From NCBI RefSeq assembly GCF_042660085.1, contig NZ_JBHSTI010000008.1, positions 2,235,604 through 2,267,603 of the forward strand: a DNA stretch of 32,000 bases, read 5' to 3'. Under the pieces are notes generated by a model, which did not search any database, had not been told where the DNA came from, and was given only the letters and a program-made list of their open reading frames with translations. The translations under genes and the position numbers were made by a program. Shown one piece after another: positions 6,621 to 15,389 of this stretch (positions are counted from its first letter, which is position 1; every line of letters begins with the position of its first letter). The stretch comes from Longivirga aurantiaca. Its GTDB lineage: Bacteria; Actinomycetota; Actinomycetes; S36-B12; CAIYMF01.

Positions 6621-9600
6621 TCAGGCGTCGAGGACGCCGAGCTGCTGGAGCACGGCGGCAGCATCCGCGCCTGCTGCTCGCGCGGCCTCGGGATCCCCGG
6701 ATTGCGCCAGCACGTCAGCCTGCAGGCGCAGCAGCTGCGCGCGCTCGAACGGCAGCGAGTACTGGTCGGCCAGTGCGACACCGGCGGCCGCCTCGGCGAG
6801 GGCGTCGTCGTACCGGCCCTGGGCGCTGTGCGCGCGGGCGCGCTCGAGGTTGATGCGAGGCTGCAGCGCCACACCCTCGCCCGTCGCCGAGCCCGCGTTC
6901 GACTCCAGCAGCGTCAGCGCGTCCTCGGTGCGGCCCTGGCGCGTGAGCGCCTCGACCCGCACCAGCGCCGCCTCGAGGGCGCTCACCTTCTGGCCGAGGG
7001 CCACGAGCTCGAGCTCGGCGTCCTGCGCGTGCCTCTCGGCGCCCTCGACGTCACCGCGACCGAGCAGGACCCGGGCCCGGTGCACCTCGCCGTACGCCGC
7101 GAAGGCGGGGACGCCCGACACCCGCAGCACCCGGACCGCGTCGGTGAGGACGAAGTCGGCCTCGTCGAAGCGGCGCTGGCTGGCCAGCACCTCGCCGAGG
7201 CTGAGGGCGACGATCGCCGCCCCGACGACGTCGCCCACCTCCTGGGCCGCGGCACGGCCGGCGGCGAAGGACTCGACCGCCTCGTCCCACCTGCCTGCGT
7301 AGTAGGCGAAGCCGCCGAGGTTCCCATGCGCGGCGAAGGCCCGGAGGCTGTTGCCGCGCGCGTCCATGACCGTGAGCGCCTCGCGGGTGCGTTCGCCGAC
7401 CGAGGTGTCGCCGAGCTGGAACGCCGCGACGTCCATCGTGAGCAGCGCCTGCTCGAGCGCCTCGAACTCCCCGGTCTCGCGGGCCTCGTCGAGCAGCGTC
7501 TCGGCGATGGCCAGCGCGTCCTGCAGCCGCTCCTGCTCGAGGCGGATGCCCGCGCGCACGGACCGCAGCCGCACTCGGGCGCGCCGGGCGTCGAGGGCGG
7601 TCTCGCCGTCGAGCAGCTTCTCGGCCTTGCTCAGCTCGGCCAGTGCCGGGCCGAACGCCCCCGACCGCTGACGCACCTGCGCCCGCTGGCGCAGCAGCGT
7701 GGCGCTCATCAACGGGTCGGACTGCGACAGGCGCAGCGCGAGGCGGAACGCGTCGAGCGACTGCTCGTACATCCCGGCGAGGTCGCGCACCTCGCCGAGC
7801 CGGCGGTAGAGGTCGCGCTTGTCGAGGTCGGGCACCTCGGCGACCCGCCGGCCGGCGTCCAGCGCCCGCTCGTAGAGGACGGCCGCGTCGGCGTTGGCGT
7901 ACGCGCGTGCCGCGCGGTCGCCCGCGAGGCGCGAGTAGCGCCAGGTGGCGGCGTCGTCGCCACCGCGCCAGAAGTGCAGCGAGAGAGTGTCGGAGTCGGC
8001 CTCGAGATCCTCGGACAGCTTCTCCACAGCGCGACCGGCGGCCGCGTGCAGCTTCGCGCGCAGCCGGTAGGCGAGCCCCTCGTACGCGGCGTCGCGGATC
8101 ATGCCGTTGCGGAAGCGCAGCCGCCCGCTGCCGTCGGGCTCAAGGAAGCTCTCGAGCCGCGACAGCGTCGCGGCGTCGACCACGAGCTCGTCGCTGCGGA
8201 TCGTCTCGTTCAGGACCTCGGTGCGGAACGAGCGGCCGAGGACCGACGCGTAGCGCAGGATCCGGCGCGAGTGCGGGTCGAGGGCGTCGATCTGCGCGTC
8301 GAGCGCCGAGTGGAGGTTCTCGGGGACGGAGTCGAGCGACCCGACCTCCTGGAACACACGAGTGATCTCCTCGACGAAGAGCGGGTTGCCACCCGCCCGC
8401 CGCACGACCTCGTCGATCTCGTGCGGGCGCATGGGGGTCGCCGCGGTGGCCGCGATGACGAGGCGTCGGATCACGTCGTCGTCGAGAGGCTCGAGGTCGA
8501 CGCGCTCGCCGGCCGGGTCGAAGCCGCCCTCGTCGCGCCGGGTGACGAGCAGCGCCCAGGGGCGGCGCGGCGCCTCTGCGGCGAACCGCGCGAGCACGTG
8601 CGCCGACGCGGCGTCCGCCCAGTGCCCCTCCTCGACCCGCAGCAGCAGCGGCCCGGGGAAGGTCGTCTCGACGAGGCGCAGGATGAGGTCGGCGATGCGG
8701 TCGGGGCGGAACCGCGGCTCGATCGCCCGCACCTCGGGCGTCTCGGGCATCGAGACCGTCACGACGTCGCCGAGGAGCGGCGCGAACGACAGCAGCTCCG
8801 GCGCGAGCCGGCGCACACCCGCGCGGACGGCGTCGGCCATCTCGTCGTGCGTGCCGCGCTCGACGTCGAGCAGCGCGCGCACCGGGTCGCGCAGGACGCG
8901 GTACGGCGCGGTGGCGCCGTACGGCTCGGCGCGGACGGTGATCGTGCGGACGTCGAACCCGGCCAGCGCCTCGGCCACGACACGGGTCTTGCCCGTGCCC
9001 GTGCCGCCGCTCACGACCACCACCCCGCCGTCGCCCATGAGCATGCGCCCGACGTTCGACCGGATCGCATCGAGCTCGGCGTCGCGACCGAGGAGCGGCA
9101 GGGAGGTGCCCGCACCCGTGCCGCGTGTGCCGGTCTCCTCGCCGACCGAGTGCACGGGGACGGGGACCGTCTTGCCCTTCATGGGGAACGGACCGGCCGG
9201 AGTGGTGGCGAAGAGGGTGCGCGACCGCTCGAGGACCGTGGGGTGCGCGAAGAGGACGCCGTGCGGCGCCTTGCCCATGATGCGCGCCGCGGTGTTGGTG
9301 GTGTCGCCCATCGCGGAGTACGCCGCCCGGTCGACCGTCCCCACCTCGGCCGCGAAGACGTGCCCGCGGTTGACGCCGATCTGCAGCGGGAGCGGCGTTC
9401 CTACGTCGAGCACCCGGCGCATCGCACGCAGCATCCGGCCCTCGTCGTCCTCGCTGGAGTAGGGCACGCCGGATCCCATGAAGAGCTTGCCGCCGTCGCT
9501 GTCGAGGTCGGTCGCGAGCAGCGTGACGCCCTCGTCGTTCATCGCCCGCATGAACACCGACACCGTGCCGTCGAGCGCCTCGGCCACGGCCTCGGGGCCC

Positions 9601-10379
9601 GGGCCGGACAGCAGCGCGTCGGTGCCGCTGAACCGGGCGAACGCGATGGTGGCGATCTTGTGCTCGGGGTCGGGCACGCGCTCGCCGAGGTAGTCGCCGA
9701 GGGCCTGCGGGAAGAGGGCGCGGAGACGGTCGCCGTCGACGGTCGGGACCGGGTCGGGGGCGCGGAGCGGCGGCGCGACCGAGCGCCAGCGCAGCAGCAG
9801 CGCGCCGTCGTCACGCGGCCGGGTCGCGCCCCGTGGCAGCCGGGCGGCGGTGTCCGGCGTCACCACGATCTCGCCGGCGTTCGCGAGCTTCTCGGCGTCC
9901 GCGGTGGCGGTGGCGGCGGGGCCGAGGATGAGCAGCTCGCGGGTGGGCGCACCGACGAGGAAGAAGTCGACCGGGCCGGAGTGGATGCCCACCGACATGC
10001 GCAGCTTCAGCCGGCCGACCGAGGTCGGGATCGACGACGCGTCACGCAGCGCGATCCGCATGTCGACGGCAGCGGCGCAGGCGCGAACCGCGTGGTCGTC
10101 GCCCCGGAAGGTGAACAGCAGCGCGTCGCCGCCGAACTTCAGCAGCTCGCCGCCACGTGCCCCGGCCTGGGTGAGCATGCCGCCGAAGACGCGGTTGAGG
10201 GTCTCGATCAGCTCCTCGGCGCCGATGCGACCACGACGGGCGAGGCGCTCGGTGAGGGCGGTGAACCCGGAGATGTCGGCGAAGACGAGGGTGGCGTCGA
10301 CGTTCTGCCAGGAAGCACCGGGCGCCGCGTCGTCCCACTCGAGGGCGATCCGGGGCACGTGGCGTCGCAGGTCGGTCAC
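6621..10379 (-). CDS. Tandem class III adenylate/guanylate cyclase domains + P-loop (STAND/AAA-type) NTPase + TPR repeats (1252 aa).
   Basis: GTG start at 10379 with GGAGGAGGG about 9 nt upstream. CHD1 carries FADISGFT and KFGGDALL; CHD2 carries AMGDTTNTAARIMG. Walker A is VVVSGGTGTGKTRV (nt about 8985-9012). The long C-terminal half is helical and TPR-like. No C-terminal HTH is present. Confidence 0.9.
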   Translation of the reverse strand: MTDLRRHVPRIALEWDDAAPGASWQNVDATLVFADISGFTALTERLARRGRIGAEELIETLNRVFGGMLTQAGARGGELLKFGGDALLFTFRGDDHAVRACAAAVDMRIALRDASSIPTSVGRLKLRMSVGIHSGPVDFFLVGAPTRELLILGPAATATADAEKLANAGEIVVTPDTAARLPRGATRPRDDGALLLRWRSVAPPLRAPDPVPTVDGDRLRALFPQALGDYLGERVPDPEHKIATIAFARFSGTDALLSGPGPEAVAEALDGTVSVFMRAMNDEGVTLLATDLDSDGGKLFMGSGVPYSSEDDEGRMLRAMRRVLDVGTPLPLQIGVNRGHVFAAEVGTVDRAAYSAMGDTTNTAARIMGKAPHGVLFAHPTVLERSRTLFATTPAGPFPMKGKTVPVPVHSVGEETGTRGTGAGTSLPLLGRDAELDAIRSNVGRMLMGDGGVVVVSGGTGTGKTRVVAEALAGFDVRTITVRAEPYGATAPYRVLRDPVRALLDVERGTHDEMADAVRAGVRRLAPELLSFAPLLGDVVTVSMPETPEVRAIEPRFRPDRIADLILRLVETTFPGPLLLRVEEGHWADAASAHVLARFAAEAPRRPWALLVTRRDEGGFDPAGERVDLEPLDDDVIRRLVIAATAATPMRPHEIDEVVRRAGGNPLFVEEITRVFQEVGSLDSVPENLHSALDAQIDALDPHSRRILRYASVLGRSFRTEVLNETIRSDELVVDAATLSRLESFLEPDGSGRLRFRNGMIRDAAYEGLAYRLRAKLHAAAGRAVEKLSEDLEADSDTLSLHFWRGGDDAATWRYSRLAGDRAARAYANADAAVLYERALDAGRRVAEVPDLDKRDLYRRLGEVRDLAGMYEQSLDAFRLALRLSQSDPLMSATLLRQRAQVRQRSGAFGPALAELSKAEKLLDGETALDARRARVRLRSVRAGIRLEQERLQDALAIAETLLDEARETGEFEALEQALLTMDVAAFQLGDTSVGERTREALTVMDARGNSLRAFAAHGNLGGFAYYAGRWDEAVESFAAGRAAAQEVGDVVGAAIVALSLGEVLASQRRFDEADFVLTDAVRVLRVSGVPAFAAYGEVHRARVLLGRGDVEGAERHAQDAELELVALGQKVSALEAALVRVEALTRQGRTEDALTLLESNAGSATGEGVALQPRINLERARAHSAQGRYDDALAEAAAGVALADQYSLPFERAQLLRLQADVLAQSGDPEAARAAGADAAAVLQQLGVLDA

Positions 10380-10484
10380 GACCTATCCCTCCTCCCGCCC
10401 GGCGCGCCATGTGCGTCTGACCGCCGCCCCGCGGTCCCGCACGCTCACCGTAGGGGGTGAGGTGGGCCCGTGAGACGCGTTGTC

Positions 10485-11390
10485 TCAGGTCGTGGACCTC
10501 TTCGGGCGCGGACGGCGCTGCCCCGGGAGCCGCTGGCAGCCGGGGCACCAGTACAGGCGGCGGCCCTGCACGTCCTGCGCGGCGACGGGCACTCCGCAGC
10601 GCAGGCACGCGCGGCCCTGCCGGCGGTACACGTACACGCCGGTGCTGCGCCGCAGCCGCCGGATCTGCGGGGAGTCCTCGCCGCCGTCGAGCTCTGGGTC
10701 GTCGGCCGCCGGCCGGTCGGCGTCGAGCTCGGCCATCGCGTCCATGTCGCCGGGGTCGAGCGTGACGATGCGCCCACGGCGTACGCCGTCGTTCATGAGC
10801 AGGACGAGGTCGGCCCACATCGCGTCGAGCACGGCCGGCCGCAGCAGGCGTCCCTCGAGGAACGGCGAGACGCCGTGCCGGTAGAGCAGCTCGGCGCGGT
10901 AGATGTTGCCGACGCCCGAGAGCACCGCCTGGTCCATCAGCAACGTGCCGACGGTCGCCCGGCTGCCCAGGATCCGTGCCTTGGCGCGCTCGGGTTCCGC
11001 GTCGGCGCGGAGCGGGTCGGGCCCGAGACGCGCGACGATCGCCTCCCGCCCGAGGGGCCCGACGAGGTCGCAGGCCGTCGGTCCGCGCAGGTCGGCGTAC
11101 CAGGTGGGGCTCTCGAGCCGCCAGCGGACGGCGCCGCGCGGCTCGGGCGCGGGCGACTTCGCCTTCTGCATCGTGCCGTAGAGGCCGAGGTGCACGTGCA
11201 CGACCTCGCCGCCCTCGAAGCTCACGAAGAGGTGCTTGCCGTACGCCTCGGCCTCCTCGAGGACGCGGCCGGTGAGGATCTGCGCCCCGGAGTCGAACCG
11301 CCCCTGCGGGCTGGAGGACGCGACGACGTCACCGGCGAACGTCCGGTGCAGGCCACGGGCGAGCCGGTGGAGGCTGTGGCCCTCGGGCAC
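10485..11390 (-). CDS. nei: Fpg/Nei-family DNA glycosylase (endonuclease VIII-like).
   Basis: The GTG at 11388-11390 gives M-PEGHSLHRLA, with the catalytic N-terminal Pro. H2TH region LMDQAVLSGVGNIYRAELLYRHGV. C-terminal zinc finger CLRCG..(x)..CPGCQ. The track extension to 11447 is rejected because Pro2 must follow the initiator. Confidence 0.9.
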   Translation of the reverse strand: MPEGHSLHRLARGLHRTFAGDVVASSSPQGRFDSGAQILTGRVLEEAEAYGKHLFVSFEGGEVVHVHLGLYGTMQKAKSPAPEPRGAVRWRLESPTWYADLRGPTACDLVGPLGREAIVARLGPDPLRADAEPERAKARILGSRATVGTLLMDQAVLSGVGNIYRAELLYRHGVSPFLEGRLLRPAVLDAMWADLVLLMNDGVRRGRIVTLDPGDMDAMAELDADRPAADDPELDGGEDSPQIRRLRRSTGVYVYRRQGRACLRCGVPVAAQDVQGRRLYWCPGCQRLPGQRRPRPKRSTT

Positions 11391-11425
11391 CGGCGTCGCA
11401 CCTCGTCTCGCGTTACGGTCGTGGC

Positions 11426-11626
11426 ATGGGCAAGGAGAAGCGTGCACCGTCGCGCGGCGACGAGCATCCCGACGACCGGGCGCTCGACCGCCTCGCCGAC
11501 CGCGGACCGTCGCGGGTCGGGGTGGACGGTGCGCTGCGCGCGCGGGACGTCTCGCGCCCGAGCCGGGCTCAGGTGGCCGCGGCCCAGAAGACGGTGAAGC
11601 CCCGGACGGGCCCGCCCATCACCTAG
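11426..11626 (+). CDS. Small hypothetical protein (66 aa), probably translated from a leaderless mRNA.
   Basis: ATG at 11426. Third-position G/C is about 90% and second-position about 60% by my count, a coding-like phase. A TACGGT (TANNNT) -10-like hexamer at 11414-11419 ends 6 nt before the ATG. The TAG stop shares the CTAG tetranucleotide with the rpiB stop on the other strand. No homolog recognised. Confidence 0.45.
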   Translation: MGKEKRAPSRGDEHPDDRALDRLADRGPSRVGVDGALRARDVSRPSRAQVAAAQKTVKPRTGPPIT

Positions 11627-12078
11627 AACGAGCCGGTGGCCTCGTACGTCGCGAGCAGGTCGATGCGGCGCTGGTGGCGCGCGTCGCCGCTGAACGGGGT
11701 GGCGAGGAACGCGTCCACGATGGCGAGCGCGGCCGCCTCCTCGTGCTGGCGGGCGCCGATGCCCATGACGTTGGCGTCGTTGTGCTGGCGCGCGAGCTCG
11801 GCGATCTCGACCGACCAGACCAGCGCCGCGCGCACGCCCGCCACCTTGTTGGCCGCGATCTGCTCGCCGTTGCCCGACCCGCCGATCACGATGCCGAGGC
11901 TGCCCGGGTCGTCGACGACGGCCTGGGCCGCCGCGACGCAGAACGGCGGGTAGTCGTCGAGGGCGTCGTACGCGTGGGCACCGTGGTCGACCACGTCGTG
12001 GCCCGCGGACCGCAGGTGGTCGGCGAGGACGGCCTTGAGCTCGAATCCGGCATGGTCGGCACCCAGGTGTACGCGCAT
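11623..12078 (-). CDS. rpiB: Ribose-5-phosphate isomerase B.
   Basis: The ATG at 12076-12078 gives MRVHLGADHAGFELK... with GIVIGGSGNGEQIAANK and DANVMGIGAR, typical RpiB/LacAB motifs. 151 aa. Confidence 0.93.
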   Translation of the reverse strand: MRVHLGADHAGFELKAVLADHLRSAGHDVVDHGAHAYDALDDYPPFCVAAAQAVVDDPGSLGIVIGGSGNGEQIAANKVAGVRAALVWSVEIAELARQHNDANVMGIGARQHEEAAALAIVDAFLATPFSGDARHQRRIDLLATYEATGSF

Positions 12079-12386
12079 GAGCCGATCGTGCCAGCCCGCC
12101 GACGTCAGTCGAGGACCGGCCCCTGGTCGCGGCTGCGTGTGATCCCGGAGATCGCGGGTGCGCCGGCGCCCTGGCGCGACCGCAGGATCCGGACAGATCG
12201 GGCGTCCCGACCGGCGAACCTGCGGCGTAGGGGCGGGGTCGGCAGGAGGTGCACGGGTGCAGCGGCCCACCCGTGCGAGGATGTCCCGATCGACGGCGAG
12301 GCCGCCGTGCCCCGGGGGCGCCGGCAGCCTCGTCGTCCGCGCGACGGGTGACCGTCGCTCTGGGGCAGGTGCGGAAGGACGGTCCG

Positions 12387-14945
12387 GTGACGGCCACGAA
12401 CATCACGCGCGCTGAGGCGGCCGAGCGGTCGACGCTCGTCGCGGTGCAGGGGTACGACGTCGTGCTCGATCTCGCCTCGGCGACGACCAGCGCGGGCACG
12501 TTCACGAGCAGCACCACCGTGCGCTTCACGGCCACGCCGGGCGCCTCGACCTGGATCGACATCATCGCGCCGACCGTGCGCCGAGCCGTCCTCAACGGGG
12601 TCGACCTCGACGTCGCCGCGTTCACGGGCACCCGCCTCCCGCTCACCGGCCTGGCCGCCGACAACCTCCTCGTCGTCGACGCCGACTGCGCCTACATGCG
12701 CACCGGCGAGGGGCTGCACCGGTTCGTCGACCCGGTCGACGGAGGCGTCTACCTCTACTCCCAGTTCGAGGTGGCCGACGCGCGCCGGATGTACGCCTGC
12801 TTCGACCAGCCCGATCTCAAGGGCACGTTCTCGCTCACGGTCACCGCCCCGTCGGAGTGGCAGGTCGTCTCCAACTCCCCCACGCCTCTGCCTGTCGACG
12901 TCGGTGGCGGCCTCGCCCGCTGGGCGTTCGGCGCGACGCCGCGGATCTCGCCGTACATCACGGCGCTGGTCGCGGGGCCGTACCACGTGGTGCGCGACGA
13001 GTACGTCGGGCCGCACGGCACCTACCCGCTCGGTGTGTTCTGCCGCGCGAGCCTCGCCGAGCACCTCGACGCCGACGTCGTCCTGCTCGAGACCAAGCAG
13101 GGCTTCGAGTTCTTCGAGTCGCAGTTCCAGACGCCGTACCCCTTCGAGAAGTACGACCAGCTCTTCGTGCCGGAGTTCAACGCGGGCGCGATGGAGAACG
13201 CGGGCTGCGTGACGATCCTGGAGGACTACGTCTTCCGCTCGCGCGTCACCGACTACTACTTCGAGCAGCGCGCCAACACGATCCTGCACGAGCTCGCGCA
13301 CATGTGGTTCGGCGACCTCGTGACGATGACGTGGTGGGACGACCTCTGGCTCAACGAGTCGTTCGCCGAGTGGGCGGCTCACTGGGCGAACGTCAACGCC
13401 ACCCGCTATCGCGACGCGTGGACGACGTTCCTGATCCAGCGCAAGGGCTGGGCGTACCGCCAGGCGCAGCTGTCCTCGACGCACCCGATCGCGGCCGACA
13501 TGGTCGACCTCGAGGCGGTCGAGGTGAACTTCGACGGCATCACCTACGCCCAGGGCGCGGCCTCGCTGCGCCAGCTCGTCGCGTGGGTCGGCGAGAAGGA
13601 GTTCCTCGAGGGGCTCACGTCGTACTTCACCAAGCACGCGTGGGGCAACACCCGGCTCGCCGACCTGCTGACCGAGCTCGAGGCATCGAGCGGGCGAGAC
13701 CTCTCCGGCTGGACGACGGCGTGGCTCGAGACCGCCGGCGTCAACCTGCTGCGCCCCGAGGTGGTCGTGGCCGAGGACGGCACGTACGCGTCGGTCGCCG
13801 TCCTGCAGGAGCCGCCGTCGAGCCCGCCCGGCCTGCACCCCGTGCTGCGCCCCCACCGCATCGCCGTCGGCCTCTACGAGCGGACCCCCGACGGCCTGCA
13901 GCGCCTGAAGCGCCTCGAGATCGACGTCGTCGGCGAGCGCACCGAGGTGGAGGAGCTGCGCGGCGTCGCGCAGCCCGACCTGCTGCTGCTCAACGACGAC
14001 GACCTGACCTTCGCCAAGATCCGGCTCGACGACCACTCGCTGCGGACCGCCGTCGAGTCGTTCGACCAGCTGCGCGAGCCGATGCCCCGCGCCCTGGTGT
14101 GGGCCGCGGCGTGGGACATGCTCCGCGATGCCGAGATGCCGATGCGCGACTGGCTGGCGCTGCTGGAGTCGGGCCTGCCGACAGAGCGCGACATGAGCAT
14201 CACGCACACGCTGCTCTCGCAGACCAAGGCCGCCATCGAGCAGTTCTCCGAGCCGAGCCGCCGCGAGCAGTACCGCGACCGCTGGGCGGCCCTGACGCTG
14301 CGGCTGCTCGACGAGTCCGCCGATGGGTCCGACCTTCAGCTGGCGTACGCCCGCGCCTTCGCCGCGACGGCGCGCACCGCCGAGCACATCGCGCTGCTGC
14401 GCGGCTGGCTCAGCGAGGGCTCGGCGCCGTCCGGACTCGCGATCGACACCGACCTCCGGTGGACGCTGCTCCAGCGCCTGCTCGCCCTCGGCGCGGCCGA
14501 CCCGGCGGAGATCGACGCCGAGCTGACGCGCGACAACACCGCGAGCGGGCACCGGCAGGCCGCGACCGCCCGGGCGCTGGTGCCGACCATGGCGGCCAAG
14601 GAGGAGGCGTTCCGCGCAGCCGTCGAGAGCGACGAGCTGCCCAACGCGCTGCTCACCGCGACCGTCATGGGCTTCGCCTCGGCGGATGCCCGCGAGCTGC
14701 ACCGGGCGTTCCTCGACCGCTACTTCGACGCGATCCCCACTGTGTGGGCCGACCGCACGAACGAGACCGCGCAGACGATCGTCATGGGCTTCTACCCCGC
14801 GCAGATCGTCGAGCAGGAGACGCTCGACCTGACCGACCGCTTCCTCGCGCGGGACGATGTCCCCGCCGGTGCGCGCAGGCTCGTCCGCGAGGGCCGCGAC
14901 GGCATCGAGCGCTCCCTGCGCTGCCAGGCCCGCGACGCCTCCTGA
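12387..14945 (+). CDS. pepN: Aminopeptidase N (M1 family).
   Basis: GTG at 12387 with GGAAGGA 7 nt upstream. N-terminus TATNITRAEAAERS. GAMEN motif (NAGAMENAGCV). HELAHMWFGD...(18)...E zinc site. The in-frame upstream extension to 12249 has background-level GC3. Confidence 0.93.
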   Translation: MTATNITRAEAAERSTLVAVQGYDVVLDLASATTSAGTFTSSTTVRFTATPGASTWIDIIAPTVRRAVLNGVDLDVAAFTGTRLPLTGLAADNLLVVDADCAYMRTGEGLHRFVDPVDGGVYLYSQFEVADARRMYACFDQPDLKGTFSLTVTAPSEWQVVSNSPTPLPVDVGGGLARWAFGATPRISPYITALVAGPYHVVRDEYVGPHGTYPLGVFCRASLAEHLDADVVLLETKQGFEFFESQFQTPYPFEKYDQLFVPEFNAGAMENAGCVTILEDYVFRSRVTDYYFEQRANTILHELAHMWFGDLVTMTWWDDLWLNESFAEWAAHWANVNATRYRDAWTTFLIQRKGWAYRQAQLSSTHPIAADMVDLEAVEVNFDGITYAQGAASLRQLVAWVGEKEFLEGLTSYFTKHAWGNTRLADLLTELEASSGRDLSGWTTAWLETAGVNLLRPEVVVAEDGTYASVAVLQEPPSSPPGLHPVLRPHRIAVGLYERTPDGLQRLKRLEIDVVGERTEVEELRGVAQPDLLLLNDDDLTFAKIRLDDHSLRTAVESFDQLREPMPRALVWAAAWDMLRDAEMPMRDWLALLESGLPTERDMSITHTLLSQTKAAIEQFSEPSRREQYRDRWAALTLRLLDESADGSDLQLAYARAFAATARTAEHIALLRGWLSEGSAPSGLAIDTDLRWTLLQRLLALGAADPAEIDAELTRDNTASGHRQAATARALVPTMAAKEEAFRAAVESDELPNALLTATVMGFASADARELHRAFLDRYFDAIPTVWADRTNETAQTIVMGFYPAQIVEQETLDLTDRFLARDDVPAGARRLVREGRDGIERSLRCQARDAS

Positions 14946-14977
14946 ACCCCTGACTACACCCGCCGAGGACAGAAGTC

Positions 14978-14993
14978 CGCCCCTGAGGGGGCG
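14978..14993. terminator. Short GC hairpin between convergent pepN and the DUF5130 gene.
   Basis: CGCCCC-tgag-GGGGCG, a 6-bp stem in the 54-bp convergent spacer. This is weak evidence. Confidence 0.3.
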
Positions 14994-14999
14994 CGAGGG

Positions 15000-15389
15000 T
15001 TAGACGGTGTCGAGGTGCGGCAGGTGCGGTGCTCGCGCGTGCGCGCTGAGGAGCTGCAGACCGGCGCGCAGCCCGCCGACGAGGTCGCCGGCCGCGAATG
15101 ACGAGGTCATAGTGAGCGAGGCGAGGCCGCAGGTGCGGTCGCTGACCGACGTCGCAGCGCGCGAGCCGGTGACGATCTCGAGCGTCCTGGTGGTGGGATC
15201 GACGGCCACGAGGACGGTCTCGGATGCGGCCGCACCGCTCTCGGCGAGGATCCGCTCCGCGGACGCCCGCCCCTCGGGCATGGAGCCGACGTGGACCCGG
15301 AACATCAGCCCGCACGTGGTCTCAGCGGCGTGGACAGCCTGCTCGATCGCGAGCCGCTGCGACGGGCTGACGGGATCACCAACGGGCAC
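15000..15389 (-). CDS. DUF5130-family (TPM-like) protein.
   Basis: Track ORF 15000..15479. The in-frame GTG at 15389 gives MPVGDPVSPSQRLAIEQAVHAAETTCGLMFRVHVG.... It overlaps the upstream gene by 14 nt. Lying next to pepN, it matches the Rv2468c position as I recall it. Confidence 0.75.
   Translation of the reverse strand: MPVGDPVSPSQRLAIEQAVHAAETTCGLMFRVHVGSMPEGRASAERILAESGAAASETVLVAVDPTTRTLEIVTGSRAATSVSDRTCGLASLTMTSSFAAGDLVGGLRAGLQLLSAHARAPHLPHLDTV

Noticed and set aside
6702-10460. 1252-aa plus-strand ORF, coincidentally the same length as the minus-strand cyclase gene it mirrors.
   Set aside because: It is a shadow ORF: the sequence is dominated by R/G/A/E/V/H runs, has no motif and has no sensible start context. 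The minus-strand frame has cyclase, Walker A and TPR signatures and a strong SD.
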